From contig JACKCP010000006.1 in the NCBI GenBank assembly GCA_020633955.1, positions 34,404 to 98,403 of the forward strand: a stretch of DNA of 64,000 nucleotides, given 5' to 3'. This document shows positions 18,260 to 28,541 of the stretch, one piece after another. The notes under the pieces were generated by a model that saw only the letters and a program-made list of their open reading frames with translations, did not search any database and was not told the DNA's origin. Numbering within the stretch: the stretch's first letter is position 1; each line of letters starts with the position of its first letter. The translations under genes and the position numbers were made by a program. Source of the DNA: Desulfobacteraceae bacterium. Lineage in GTDB: Bacteria > Desulfobacterota > Desulfobacteria > Desulfobacterales > JACKCP01.

Positions 18260-18407
18260 AAAAAATCTCCAATACTTGAATATGGTAAAACTTGTTAAAC
18301 CTGAAAAACAAACAGGCAAAACCAAAGAGATACTAATACATGGGGATTGTTAGATTTATGCTAAATGAAGTTTTTTTTTGACTAGTTATGGATTGGTTAA
18401 TTATGTG

Positions 18408-18448
18408 GGAAAAAAATTTAAGACCGCTTTAAAAATCAAAGCGGTCTT
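18408..18448 (-). terminator. Rho-independent terminator of the acyl-CoA dehydrogenase gene
   Basis: 11-bp perfect stem aagaccgcttt / aaagcggtctt with a 7-nt loop. On the minus strand it is followed by AAATTTTTTTT. Confidence 0.8.
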
Positions 18449-18469
18449 TTCAATTAACTTAAAACAAAA

Positions 18470-20272
18470 TTATTTGCTTCCAAACATTGCATCTTCCATA
18501 TCAGCTATTGAGCCGTCAGTCTGAGCTATAGCATCAAGTTTTCCTGAAGAAACAGGAAGAATTGTTTTTATAAAATATCTTGCTGTATTTATCTGGCCTT
18601 TGTAGAAATTATCGTCTTTTTTCTTCTGGCCTACTTTTGGTGCAGCTACAGAAGCTCTCCACAAAAGCATCCATGCCATTGAAAGATCACCTGTTGTTTC
18701 AAGGAAAGGATGTGAGAAAGAAAATGCCTTTAAAACATCATCAGAGCCTGCTTTTTCTCCAAGAATTTTTGCTGTTTTTGCATATTTTTCAAAATATGCT
18801 GAAAAATCAGCTGCAATTTCTTTTACTTCATTAACCTTCATTGCTTCAGAAAGTGTTTTCTGAATTTCATTTAGAAAATCCATGAAAGGCTTGCCTTTTT
18901 TCATTCCAAGCTTTCTTCCAAGAAGGTCTATGGACTGAATTCCATTGGTTCCTTCATAGATCTGGAAAATTCTTGTATCCCTTAAAAGCTGTGCTACAGG
19001 ATACTCTTCAATAAAACCATATCCTCCGTAAACCTGAACACCGTAGCTGCATACTTCAAAAGCCCTGTCAGTAATGTAGCCTTTTATAATTGGTGTCAGA
19101 ACTTCAAGTATTCCGCTTAATGCTGCTTTTTCATCAGCATTGTCGGAAACAGCCATTTTATCATATAGAAGACCACCATAATAAATAAGACTTCTCATTC
19201 CCTCAACATGGGATTTCATGAAAAGAAGCTGTCTTTTAACGTCTGGGTGTTCAATAATAAAAGCAGGGCCAGATCCTGGTGCTGCTGTCATATGCTTGGT
19301 CTGACGTCTTTCCCTTGCATAGTTCATGGCATAGATATATGAAGCTGTTGCATTGGCAAAACCCTGAAGTCCAACCATCTGTCTTGCTTCGTTCATCATC
19401 TGAAACATTGCTGCCATGCCTTTGTTTTCTTCACCAATAAGAGTTCCTATACACTCGCCTTTTCCACCAAGATCAAGGGAGCATGTGCAGTTTCCGTGAA
19501 GTCCCATTTTATGTTCAATACCTGTACACTCAACATTGTTGAATTCTCCAAGGCTTCCGTCGTCATTGATCCTGAATTTTGGAACAAGGAAAAGTGAAAT
19601 ACCTCTGGTACCTTCAGGCGCACCTTCAATTCTTGCAAGGGTTGGATGAATGATATTTTCAACCATATCCTGCTCCCCGCCTGATATAAAAATTTTCTGG
19701 CCTTTTATTGAGTATGTTCCATCTGGATTTTTTACAGCTGAGGTTGTAAGTGCACCAACGTCTGACCCTGCTTCAGGCTCTGTTAAAAGCATGGTTCCAG
19801 ACCATTTGCCTGAATACATGTTTTTGAGGCATTTATTTTTCTGATCTTCAGTCCCGTAATTTTCAATAAGTTTTGCAGCACCATGTGAAAGCATGTGAAA
19901 AAGCATGAATGAGTTGCAGGCACCATAAAAATATTCATTAGCAGCAAGAGATACAGTTTTTGGCATTCCCTGTCCGCCCCATTCAGGGTCGTCATACATT
20001 GCAAGCCAGCCTCCTTCACAATAGTTTTTATAAACCTTGTGATATTCCTTTGGAACACTTACTTTGCCTGCATCAAAAACACAACCTTCGTCACTGATTT
20101 TCTGCAAAGGAAGAATTTCTTTTACGGCAAGATTTACAGCCTCTTTCATTATCATATCTATTGTTTTTTTATTGTAATCTGAAAATTTTTCATATTCTGA
20201 AAAATCTCCGATTGAAAACTGTTCATGTAAAACAAAATCAACATCTCTTTTGTCTGCAATCAGCTGAGCCAT
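18470..20272 (-). CDS. Long-form acyl-CoA dehydrogenase (~600 aa, with extra C-terminal domain)
   Basis: Motifs LLTEPEAGSDVG, KIFISGGE and RIFQIYEGTNGIQ, plus a C-terminal helical extension. Confidence 0.88.
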   Translation of the reverse strand: MAQLIADKRDVDFVLHEQFSIGDFSEYEKFSDYNKKTIDMIMKEAVNLAVKEILPLQKISDEGCVFDAGKVSVPKEYHKVYKNYCEGGWLAMYDDPEWGGQGMPKTVSLAANEYFYGACNSFMLFHMLSHGAAKLIENYGTEDQKNKCLKNMYSGKWSGTMLLTEPEAGSDVGALTTSAVKNPDGTYSIKGQKIFISGGEQDMVENIIHPTLARIEGAPEGTRGISLFLVPKFRINDDGSLGEFNNVECTGIEHKMGLHGNCTCSLDLGGKGECIGTLIGEENKGMAAMFQMMNEARQMVGLQGFANATASYIYAMNYARERRQTKHMTAAPGSGPAFIIEHPDVKRQLLFMKSHVEGMRSLIYYGGLLYDKMAVSDNADEKAALSGILEVLTPIIKGYITDRAFEVCSYGVQVYGGYGFIEEYPVAQLLRDTRIFQIYEGTNGIQSIDLLGRKLGMKKGKPFMDFLNEIQKTLSEAMKVNEVKEIAADFSAYFEKYAKTAKILGEKAGSDDVLKAFSFSHPFLETTGDLSMAWMLLWRASVAAPKVGQKKKDDNFYKGQINTARYFIKTILPVSSGKLDAIAQTDGSIADMEDAMFGSK

Positions 20273-20523
20273 ACAAAACTCCTTTACTGTTTATTTTTTA
20301 AATTAATGAATATTTTTTTACACATTGTCCGAATGTGTTTCTTTTCTCATGACTGTAAACATAATTCAATAGAATAAGCCACATGCATTGTCAATATAAT
20401 GGTGTTTAATTCATAAATTTTTATTAATTGAAAAAAACATGAAAAATTTTATACCAAATTAATGATTAATATTTTAAACTTAGTAACTTGAAGAATCGGA
20501 AATGACTTCAGGTGAATAAAATC

Positions 20524-20645
20524 AGGCTGATCCAAAATTGAAGATTTTTGTTTATTTCATAGAAGATGAAAAATATAATTCTCAGGATACATGGAATATT
20601 TTGAAGATTAAATTTTTCAGCTTACTTCGAAATTTACAAAAAGAC
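20524..20645 (+). repeat. Intergenic repeat family B, copy B3 (mini-ORF on the plus strand, 20591-20611)
   Basis: Aligns over ~120 bp with the reverse complements of 30587-30710 and 41004-41124. It contains ATGGAATATTTTGAAGATTAA (MEYFED stop), preceded by AGGA. Confidence 0.7.
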
Positions 20646-20801
20646 CGTTTACCTTCAGCCAGAAATTAATCTGCAAAACAAATCAGATATAATCTGGAAA
20701 TGATTGTGAAAAGTTGACAATTAAGTTTGTTTAGGGCAAAAGTAGTAATATATCAATTTCCTTTTCATTGCTCATTACAAAAAATCTCAGGAAGGTTATA
20801 A

Positions 20802-21635
20802 ATGTTTATAAAATGCTGGGGTGCAAGGGGTTCCATACCTGTTTCCGGAAAAGAGTTTACAAAATACGGCGGAGATACAACATGCGTTGAAATACGAAGC
20901 AAAAACAATGAAATTATCATAGTTGATGCAGGTACTGGAATAAGACGACTTGGAAATAAGCTGATAAATGAAAAAAAATCATCTTATCATATGCTTTTTA
21001 CCCATGCTCACTGGGACCATCTTATGGGTTTTCCCTTTTTCAAGCCAATATTTCTTTCAAAAACCAAACTTAATATTGTAAGATGCCCTCACCCTGGGAA
21101 GTATGCAGAAGAAATGATGAAAAGAGTAATGTCACCTCCCAATTTTCCAATAAAATACACAGATATCAAAGCAACCATTACCTATGAAGAGGGTTGTCCC
21201 GGCGGCTTTACGATTGACACAATTGAAATATTGCCAATAAACCTGAGTCATCCAAATTCCGGCTGCGGCTACAAATTCACTGAAGAGGACAAAAGCTTTG
21301 TATTTCTTACAGATAATGAGCTTGGACATATCCATGAAAACGGAAAAACAATTGAAGAATATGCAGCCTTTTCCAAAAAATGTGATCTTCTTATTCACGA
21401 CTGTGAATACACAGATCAAGATTACCTAAAAAGAAAAGAATGGGGTCATTCAAGTGTAAGCCAGGTTGCAGAACTTGCAAAACTTGCAGAAGTAAAAAAA
21501 CTTGGACTGTTTCATCATAATCAGGACAAAACAGATAATGATGTTGACCTTTTAGTTAACTCAGTAAAAAAACAATTGGAAAATACAGATATTGAAGTAT
21601 TTGGAGTTTTTGCGGATATGGAAATTTCACTGTAG
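20802..21635 (+). CDS. MBL-fold metallo-hydrolase
   Basis: FTHAHWDHLMG is the HxHxDH motif, with a later conserved His/Asp (LIHDCEY, GLFHHN). Confidence 0.8.
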   Translation: MFIKCWGARGSIPVSGKEFTKYGGDTTCVEIRSKNNEIIIVDAGTGIRRLGNKLINEKKSSYHMLFTHAHWDHLMGFPFFKPIFLSKTKLNIVRCPHPGKYAEEMMKRVMSPPNFPIKYTDIKATITYEEGCPGGFTIDTIEILPINLSHPNSGCGYKFTEEDKSFVFLTDNELGHIHENGKTIEEYAAFSKKCDLLIHDCEYTDQDYLKRKEWGHSSVSQVAELAKLAEVKKLGLFHHNQDKTDNDVDLLVNSVKKQLENTDIEVFGVFADMEISL

Positions 21636-21645
21636 CTTTTATAAC

Positions 21646-21720
21646 CTGGATTGATGGGTTTTCAAGTTTGCTGCATATATTGAAAAACTTTAATTTAAAT
21701 TCATAACACCCTCAATTAAG
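21646..21720 (+). repeat. Intergenic repeat family C, copy C2
   Basis: ctggattgatgggttttcaagtttgctgcatatattgaaaaac...cataacaccctcaattaag aligns with 15178-15258. Confidence 0.55.
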
Positions 21721-21758
21721 TAAGGTAAAAATCAAAAAATTAGATATAAGGACTTATT

Positions 21759-22505
21759 GTGGAAAATCTTATTGAAAAAGCCGCCTCAAAAATCAAAAAC
21801 TCAAAACTTACAATTGCACTTACAGGAGCTGGAATTTCTGTTGAAAGCGGAATCCCTCCCTTCAGGGGAAAAGGATCTTTATGGGAAAAATTTGATCCTA
21901 TGAAATACGCTGAAATAAACTATTTTCTTAAAAATCCAAATGAGGTTTGGGAAGTTTTTTTAAAAGACTTTGAAAAAACACTTAAAAAAGCGAAACCAAA
22001 TTCCGGGCACAAAGGGCTTTTTGAATTAGAAAAAAAAGGACTTCTAACTACAATAATAACCCAGAATATTGACGGACTTCACCAAAAAGCAGGCAGTAAC
22101 GATGTTATAGAATTTCATGGTAGTTTTGCCAATTTTTACTGTCTTGAATGCTTTGAAAGAGTAGACATTCAAGGTCTTGATCTTTCCCAGATCCCTCCAA
22201 AATGCAAAAAATGCAATGGCATTTTAAGACCTGACTGTGTTTTTTTCGGAGAAATGATACCTCAAGATGCTCTTGAAAGAGCAAGTATGCTTGCCTCTCA
22301 ATGCGAAGTAGTTATTGTGATTGGAACATCAGCACTTGTTCAGCCAGCAGCATCAATTCCTGTTGTTGCAAAAACATCAAAAGCCTTTGTTATTGAAATT
22401 AACCCTGAACCAACCCCTCTTTCAGATTCAATTGCAGATATTACTCTTTTGGGAGAAGCAGGCAGTGTAATAACAGATCTGTTAATAGAACTTGAGACAT
22501 TTTAA
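21759..22505 (+). CDS. cobB: NAD-dependent protein deacylase (Sir2 family)
   Basis: Motifs GAGISVESGIPPFRG and TQNIDGLH, plus the zinc ribbon CLEC...CKKC. The GTG start has AAGGA 5 nt upstream. Confidence 0.9.
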   Translation: MENLIEKAASKIKNSKLTIALTGAGISVESGIPPFRGKGSLWEKFDPMKYAEINYFLKNPNEVWEVFLKDFEKTLKKAKPNSGHKGLFELEKKGLLTTIITQNIDGLHQKAGSNDVIEFHGSFANFYCLECFERVDIQGLDLSQIPPKCKKCNGILRPDCVFFGEMIPQDALERASMLASQCEVVIVIGTSALVQPAASIPVVAKTSKAFVIEINPEPTPLSDSIADITLLGEAGSVITDLLIELETF

Positions 22506-22524
22506 ATTACAATTATCATAAAAA

Positions 22525-22557
22525 GGCCGGAAAATAAAAAATCTATTTTATCCGGCC
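22525..22557. terminator. Hairpin between convergent genes, possibly a bidirectional terminator
   Basis: ggccgga / tccggcc is a 7-bp GC-rich stem with a 19-nt A/T loop and A/T-rich flanks on both sides. Confidence 0.4.
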
Positions 22558-22623
22558 ATTATATAAAATCACAAAAAAATGTTAATCAAGGTTGTTTTCG
22601 CTCGTCAAATAATTTGTAGTTTT

Positions 22624-24321
22624 TCACTTTAAAACAAATAATGAAATATATTTTGCATCAATATTTTTCAAATCAACAGCTCCAAGCTCTTCCTCAACCT
22701 GCACGAAAAGCTCATCAAATACTTTTCCAAGTCTTTCAAGAAGATGTTCCGGATTTATTTCGGTAATTCTTACAATCCAGTTTAAAAAGTCCTGCTTTTT
22801 TTCTTTTCCAGGAGTTTTTATACCCTTATCTTCAACCCACAGCCATTGATAAAATTTTCTGAAGTCTTTAATTTCAATGGGTTGAAAAACATTATCATCA
22901 AGGTGAAGCCAGTCCCTTGCCCAAAGAGTCAAAATAAAATTCTGCCAGTTTATGAAAATGTCATCTGTTGTTATTTCTTTTACTCCCATAAGACCGAGAA
23001 GATCATCAACAGCAGATATTTTTTCCAGTTCTTTTTGAGTATTCATTATTTCATCTATTGAAGAAAAATCTTTGTACAGGCTGGATGAATTTTCATAATT
23101 ATCAAAATAAACAGCAGGCCATGCCAGAAGCCCACCGGTTATTCCAAACCATTTTTCTCCAAGAAAACTTAAATTAAGTGAATTTTTTAAAATAAATGAA
23201 TTACTTTGCCATTTCAGAACTTTTTCCCTCAAGTTTCTGACAAGGGTGTTTCCAGCCTTAAAAATATCCATAACATGATAACTTGACAGAACTGATTCCA
23301 TATATTTTTTTTCACTTGTTTTTTCAGTAAAACCGCCAAGATACTGGGAACCAATTTTCAGCAGCCCTGATATACGCTTCACAAGTCGTGAAAGATCCTC
23401 CCTTGTTCTGATTTTTTTATTTTCAGCAGAAATTATCTGATTAAATAAAGAGACAAATTCAAGGGAAAAATCATCTGGATTGAGCAGATAATTATTTACT
23501 GAAAAAATATCAATTACCTGGCTCGAATTTATATCTCCTTTCTCATCAACAAAAATATTATCAAAAGAGCTGTTTTTTGCTGATCTTTTTTTAATATTTT
23601 TCAAATTTACCGGAGCCAAAACTTCAACTGCTTCATGGGATGGAATAATTCCTTTTTCCTCGAGTCTTGCATTTCTGAACCTGAAAAGGTGTTCCTGGTG
23701 CTCGGCGTTTATTACACCGGCGGAAATAAATAAAATAGTCTGAAAATCCCTGTATGACCTGTCTGCAATCCTTCCAAGAATATCATAAACAAGGCTGTTT
23801 ATTTCAATTGGAAGATTCTTGTCTTCCGCAGATTCAAGAACTTTAAAATAAATAACATCATCAAATGTAACAAAATCATCTGGAATTTCAGAAGGATCCT
23901 GGTCATGCTCACGTAAGACTACATCAATTCTGTTTCTTAAAAAATATGTCAGAAAATCTTCCTGATCATCAAGAAGCCAGTCTGAAAGCCTTTTGGGATC
24001 TGCCATATGAAGCACTCCAAGCCAGTAAGAAGCAGTTGATATATTTATTTCATCCTTTTCCCAGATTTCAAGGTCTACAATATATTCCCACTGTTTTTTG
24101 CTGGCCATGGATAAAATCGGCAGAAAATCTTCGTGCCCGGCTTCATGCATGAGCATGTAAAGGGATTGTTCCGGGAAAGAATGAACAAGAGCGTAACTTT
24201 CATTATGGTCAAGAATCTCTTCTATAGCCCTGGCAGGATCCATTTTAAGAATTGATTCCCTTTTTTTCCTTAAAGCTTCAATTTTTTTTTCAACAATGTT
24301 CAAAGCATTTTTTTCCGTCAT
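22624..24321 (-). CDS. Conserved-looking hypothetical protein, 565 aa, no recognisable catalytic motif
   Basis: Long uninterrupted ORF with coding-like composition. I could not identify any motif. Confidence 0.6.
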   Translation of the reverse strand: MTEKNALNIVEKKIEALRKKRESILKMDPARAIEEILDHNESYALVHSFPEQSLYMLMHEAGHEDFLPILSMASKKQWEYIVDLEIWEKDEINISTASYWLGVLHMADPKRLSDWLLDDQEDFLTYFLRNRIDVVLREHDQDPSEIPDDFVTFDDVIYFKVLESAEDKNLPIEINSLVYDILGRIADRSYRDFQTILFISAGVINAEHQEHLFRFRNARLEEKGIIPSHEAVEVLAPVNLKNIKKRSAKNSSFDNIFVDEKGDINSSQVIDIFSVNNYLLNPDDFSLEFVSLFNQIISAENKKIRTREDLSRLVKRISGLLKIGSQYLGGFTEKTSEKKYMESVLSSYHVMDIFKAGNTLVRNLREKVLKWQSNSFILKNSLNLSFLGEKWFGITGGLLAWPAVYFDNYENSSSLYKDFSSIDEIMNTQKELEKISAVDDLLGLMGVKEITTDDIFINWQNFILTLWARDWLHLDDNVFQPIEIKDFRKFYQWLWVEDKGIKTPGKEKKQDFLNWIVRITEINPEHLLERLGKVFDELFVQVEEELGAVDLKNIDAKYISLFVLK

Positions 24322-24400
24322 AATTTCCCCGTATATTCTTTAAAAAGCAGAAACAGGTCATTTTATAATGACCTGCTCCACAATACGACCAAAAGCAATT

Positions 24401-24985
24401 TTAAATCAAAAGGTCATTCAGCTTTATTTTTGGCACATGATGAATATTTTCACTGTCCCGATAATATTTTATAACTCCCGACTCATTTACATCTTCAATT
24501 ATACATTTTTCCGCAGGCTTTCCAATGGCAATTACAAGAACCGGCTCAAAATTTTCATCTATTTCAAAGTCCTTTACAAGATTATTTTTGTTGAATGAAG
24601 CAATCATGCATCCTCCAAATCCCTTTGAAACAGCATCAAGCAAAATTGTCTGTGCACTTATCCCTGCATCAAACATATAATGATTTCCTATTGAGGAAAG
24701 ATCCCTCAACATGATTATATATCCACCAGGCCTGTTACCTTTTTCAGGCCCTTCAAAATCTTTAAGATAGGCTGCCCATGAAAGACTTTTAAAAAGGATT
24801 TCCTTTTCCTTCTGATCAAAAACAAGCCTGTAGCGTAAAGGCTGAAGATTTCCAGCTGAAGCAGTATGCCTTGCCGTAAAAACAAGTTCCTTTAAAAATT
24901 CTTCAGTCAGGGAAGCACTTTCATCAAATTTTCTGTATGACCTGTTTTTAATCACAAGGTCAAAAAAACTGTCTACCTCTGGCAT
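24401..24985 (-). CDS. Nitroreductase-family protein
   Basis: NRSYRKFDE near the N-terminus, ARHTASAGNLQP, and a typical ~190-aa size. It overlaps the rdgB stop by 13 nt. Confidence 0.75.
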   Translation of the reverse strand: MPEVDSFFDLVIKNRSYRKFDESASLTEEFLKELVFTARHTASAGNLQPLRYRLVFDQKEKEILFKSLSWAAYLKDFEGPEKGNRPGGYIIMLRDLSSIGNHYMFDAGISAQTILLDAVSKGFGGCMIASFNKNNLVKDFEIDENFEPVLVIAIGKPAEKCIIEDVNESGVIKYYRDSENIHHVPKIKLNDLLI

Positions 24986-25617
24986 TCGAACTTCTCCTGT
25001 CTGGGAAGATTCTGTTCAAGCCATAAAAGGACTTTATCTATTTCTTTTTTTATTTCACCAAGTGCCCTTCCCCTGTGGCTTACCTCTGATTTTTCATCCA
25101 TTGAAAGTTCTGCAAATGTTTTATTGAACTCTGGATAAAAAAATACAGGGTCATAACCAAAACCGCCTTCACCTTTTGGCTCTCTTGTTATAAATCCTTC
25201 ACATTTACCTTCATATGTAAGTGCGGGGCCTGTTGGAACAGCAATTGAAATTACACACTCAAAAAAGGCATCTCTTTCCTCAATCCCATTCATTTCATTT
25301 AAAAGTTTTTTTACATTTTCTTCATCTGTTGCATTCTCACCTGCATATCTTGCAGAATGAACTCCGGGCCTTCCGCCAAGGGCCTTTACAACAAGACCTG
25401 AATCATCTGAAAGAGCCGGAAAGCCAAGATATCTTGCTGTAAGGCTTGCTTTTTTATAGGCGTTGTCATCAAAGGTTTCACCGTCTTCAATTATTTCTGG
25501 AATGGGACCAAAATCCTCAAGTGTCATAATTTTAACAGGATATCCTTCAAGCAGTTTTGCCATTTCTTTTTTTTTGCCCTGATTTTTTGTGGCAAGTACA
25601 ATTATCTGTTCTTTCAT
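24973..25617 (-). CDS. rdgB: dITP/XTP pyrophosphatase (RdgB/HAM1 family)
   Basis: Motifs ATKNQGKKKEM, SDDSGL, GFGYDPVF and SHRGRA. I place the start at the ATG at 25617, with GGAG 7 nt upstream; the track ORF starts 8 codons earlier. Confidence 0.88.
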   Translation of the reverse strand: MKEQIIVLATKNQGKKKEMAKLLEGYPVKIMTLEDFGPIPEIIEDGETFDDNAYKKASLTARYLGFPALSDDSGLVVKALGGRPGVHSARYAGENATDEENVKKLLNEMNGIEERDAFFECVISIAVPTGPALTYEGKCEGFITREPKGEGGFGYDPVFFYPEFNKTFAELSMDEKSEVSHRGRALGEIKKEIDKVLLWLEQNLPRQEKFECQR

Positions 25618-25682
25618 TTTATACTCCGAATTTATATTCATTAAAAATGGTCATCAAATCTAACAGTTAAACAATATAAATA

Positions 25683-27236
25683 TCAACCTTCAATTTTCAA
25701 ACTTTTTCCAGCCTTTAAAACAAGAAAAAGTACAGGAATTCCAAGAACTGCAGTTATCAGAAAAAAAATCTGATATCCGGCATAATCAACAATTGTTCCT
25801 GAGTACCCGCCGAAAAGTTTTGGAATTAAAGTCATAAGAGAACTGAACACTGCGTATTGCACAGCGGTAAATTTTACGCTTGTCAGAGCAGACAAAAAAG
25901 CAACAAAGGCTGCTCCTGCAAGTCCTGCAGCGAGATTATCTGCTGAAATTACAACGTAAAGCATTAAGGTATTGTGTCCAAGATGTGCTAAAACCATAAA
26001 CAAAAGATTTGTTACAGCTGAAAAAAAAGCTCCCCAGAATAAAATTTTAACAACCCCTTTTTTCTGAGAAAAAATTCCTCCTAAAAACCCTCCAGCTATT
26101 GTCATAAAAAGTCCGAATGTTTTAACAATTCCTGCAATTTCAGTTTTTGTAAAACCAAGATCCTGATAAAAAAGATTTGATACAACACCTAAAACTATAT
26201 CTGAAATTCTATAAAGACCAATGAGCATAAGAAGAAGGATTGCAGTATTTTTTGTGTATCTTGTAAAAAAATCCTTAACAGGCTCAATATATGTATGTTC
26301 TATCATTTGCTGATTAACAAGCCTGGTTTTACCTGAAGTATATGCCAGAAAAAAACCGGCACAAAGCGAAATTGCAAGCCGAAGTGATGCAGTAATAAAA
26401 CCGCTTAAATATTTAAAAAAAATAATATTATTCAAAAAATCAGATAAAAATTCAAAAATAGAGCCGGTAAAATAAAATACTGATACAAATCCGCATATTC
26501 CAATGACAAAAGCTACAAAGGCTCCTAGATAATCTTTTGATTCATATTTATAATTTTTCTCTGAATAAACGTCTGGCTCCTTTATTAGAAGTACTGTAAA
26601 AACTCCGGTAAACATAAAAATACTCATAAACAGATAAGTAAACATCCACGCATTGTAATTATAATGTCCCATCCCTGAACCGAGAAAATCAGCCATGAAA
26701 AGAGCTCCTGCTCCGGCTGTAAGCATTCCTATCCTGTAGCCTGCAATATAAGAAGATGCCATCATTGCCTGAAGACTTAAATGTGCAGACTCAATTCTGT
26801 AAGCATCAATTACAATATCCTGGGTCGCCGATGAAAAACCAAGCAAAACGGCTGCAAAAGCCATTAGATAAACATTTGAATCTCCTTTTGAAGGATCTGT
26901 CAGTGCCATCAATATTATTGATAAAATAACCATAAACTGGGAAAAGAGAATCCATCCTCGCCTTCGGCCAAGTTTTCTGGAAAGAAAAAACACAGGTATA
27001 ACATCTACAGCAGGAGCCCAGATGAATTTAAATGAATAACCAAGAGCAGCCCAGCTGAAAAAGGTTACGGCAGATCTTTCAACCCCTGCTTCCCTGAGCC
27101 ACAAAGAAAGGGATGAAAAAATCAAAAGAATTGGAAGTCCGGCTGAAAACCCGAAAAAAAACATTGTTATTACTCTTTTGTGGAAAAAAGAAAGAAAGAC
27201 CTCTTTCCATGACTTATTTTTTTGCTGATTATACAT
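25683..27236 (-). CDS. ampG: AmpG-family MFS permease (muropeptide transporter-like)
   Basis: 517-aa polytopic protein. The N-terminal FFGFSAGLPILLIFSSLSLWLREAGV and the RRRGWIL loop are typical of AmpG/PAT-family MFS proteins. Confidence 0.72.
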   Translation of the reverse strand: MYNQQKNKSWKEVFLSFFHKRVITMFFFGFSAGLPILLIFSSLSLWLREAGVERSAVTFFSWAALGYSFKFIWAPAVDVIPVFFLSRKLGRRRGWILFSQFMVILSIILMALTDPSKGDSNVYLMAFAAVLLGFSSATQDIVIDAYRIESAHLSLQAMMASSYIAGYRIGMLTAGAGALFMADFLGSGMGHYNYNAWMFTYLFMSIFMFTGVFTVLLIKEPDVYSEKNYKYESKDYLGAFVAFVIGICGFVSVFYFTGSIFEFLSDFLNNIIFFKYLSGFITASLRLAISLCAGFFLAYTSGKTRLVNQQMIEHTYIEPVKDFFTRYTKNTAILLLMLIGLYRISDIVLGVVSNLFYQDLGFTKTEIAGIVKTFGLFMTIAGGFLGGIFSQKKGVVKILFWGAFFSAVTNLLFMVLAHLGHNTLMLYVVISADNLAAGLAGAAFVAFLSALTSVKFTAVQYAVFSSLMTLIPKLFGGYSGTIVDYAGYQIFFLITAVLGIPVLFLVLKAGKSLKIEG

Positions 27237-27358
27237 ATTTATCCTTAATTTTAGTCAAAAAAAAATGTATACTATTGACTGCTTGGAAATTAAATTTCTA
27301 ACTCTTAATAATAGCGGCAAAAAAGGCATAGTTTTATTTCTGAGACCTTTATAAATTT

Positions 27359-27525
27359 GTAACTGTTCAGTTCAATTTAGAGCGGCTGCTCCATTCTTTC
27401 TGAGCCTCATTCTCGCTTTGCTCCGAGGCAGGAGATAAAAAAACTATCTCCTGAAACCGGCTCAGAAAAAATACAGCATCCCTGGCCAAAACGGCTTTTT
27501 CTCAGTTTTTAAGCTGAATAGTTAC
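27359..27525 (+). mobile_element. Hairpin MITE family A, copy A5 (full length, 7/8 TSD)
   Basis: Near-identical to A2. The flanks are ataaattt (27351-27358) and aaaaattt (27526-27533). It lies between divergent ampG and the PAS-Cys4 gene. Confidence 0.88.
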
Positions 27526-27734
27526 AAAAATTTTCAGATAAAACTGTTTTTCTTAACCCCTCAAATCCTGAATTTAAAATTTTAGTACAGATTCTTTCTT
27601 AATTTCAGCTCTAACTATTAAAAACCTTTTTTTCTAAAAATTAATGCTTAGCTTGAAATTGCATAACATTACATATTTATAAATTAAATAACAAAGAAAA
27701 ATATGAGATAACATTAATTCTGCTAAGGAAAAAG

Positions 27735-28388
27735 ATGACTAAAACAATAGAACAAAAAATAGCATCAAATGAAAAAAGATACAGGGTAATTGCCGAGTCT
27801 CTTATTGATAATGTGTGGGTTATAGATGCGGAAACATACAGGTTTTTATATATAAGTACAGATGCATATGAAACAAGGGGATATACCCAAAAGGAACTTA
27901 TAGGCCATACTGCCGATGTCTTTTTTTCAAAAGACTCCTTTGAAAAATTAAAATCACTGGTAAATGAAGCAAAAAATAAATTTCAGACTGGAATTACAAC
28001 CTCACATAAGCTTGAAACTGAAATCATAAAAAAAGATCAAACAACAACCTGGATTGAAATAAGTGCAAAGCTTGTAAAAGATGAAGACGACGGCCGGCTC
28101 AAAATAATTGGTCTTTCAAAGGACATTAATTTAAGAAAGGCTGCTGAAAAAGAAAAGGAAAAAATTCTTTCTGAGCTTGAAACCGCTCTTAAGGAAAAAG
28201 AAAAGCTTTTAGATCAGATAAAAAAGCTTGAAACCCTTTTACCCATTTGTGCTTCCTGCAGAAGAATACGAGATAATTCAGACAAAAAATGGTGGCCTTT
28301 TGAAAAATACATTGAAGAAAAATCAGAGTCAAAGTTCAGCCATACTCTTTGCCCCGACTGCCAGGAAATTCTTTATTCAAAAAAATAA
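27735..28388 (+). CDS. PAS-domain protein with coiled coil and C-terminal Cys4 module
   Basis: PAS domain (ESLIDNVWVIDAETYRFLYIS...), then a KEKEK coiled coil, then LPICASCRRIRDNSDKKWWPFEKYIEEKSESKFSHTLCPDC. This last module is homologous to the C-terminus of the response regulator at 1778-2383. Confidence 0.8.
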   Translation: MTKTIEQKIASNEKRYRVIAESLIDNVWVIDAETYRFLYISTDAYETRGYTQKELIGHTADVFFSKDSFEKLKSLVNEAKNKFQTGITTSHKLETEIIKKDQTTTWIEISAKLVKDEDDGRLKIIGLSKDINLRKAAEKEKEKILSELETALKEKEKLLDQIKKLETLLPICASCRRIRDNSDKKWWPFEKYIEEKSESKFSHTLCPDCQEILYSKK

Positions 28389-28541
28389 CAGCAAAAGCAA
28401 ACTATAAGTTTTAAATATGGAGCAAATTATATCTTTATCATCACTAGAGCATGTTTTTGTGCAGCTTGGTTACATCTCAACGAAACCTGATTCTTTTGTC
28501 CATTCTCAGGAAAAATTTAAGATTAACATAAAATCTGCACT

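Noticed and set aside
20563-20604. A second small ORF inside family-B repeats (MKNIILRIHGIF in B3, MMKNSAPGRHGVF in B2).
   Set aside because: The frame is not preserved in copy B1, where the corresponding frame hits a stop. It is therefore unlikely to be a conserved coding feature, unlike the 6-codon MEYFE(D/N) frame.
21650-21680. Possible sigma-54 promoter in repeat family C (TGGGTTTTCAAGTTTGCTG).
   Set aside because: The GG-to-GC spacing is 1-2 nt too long compared with the TGGCACG-N4-TTGC consensus, and the other copy (15190-15214) has no GG at all.
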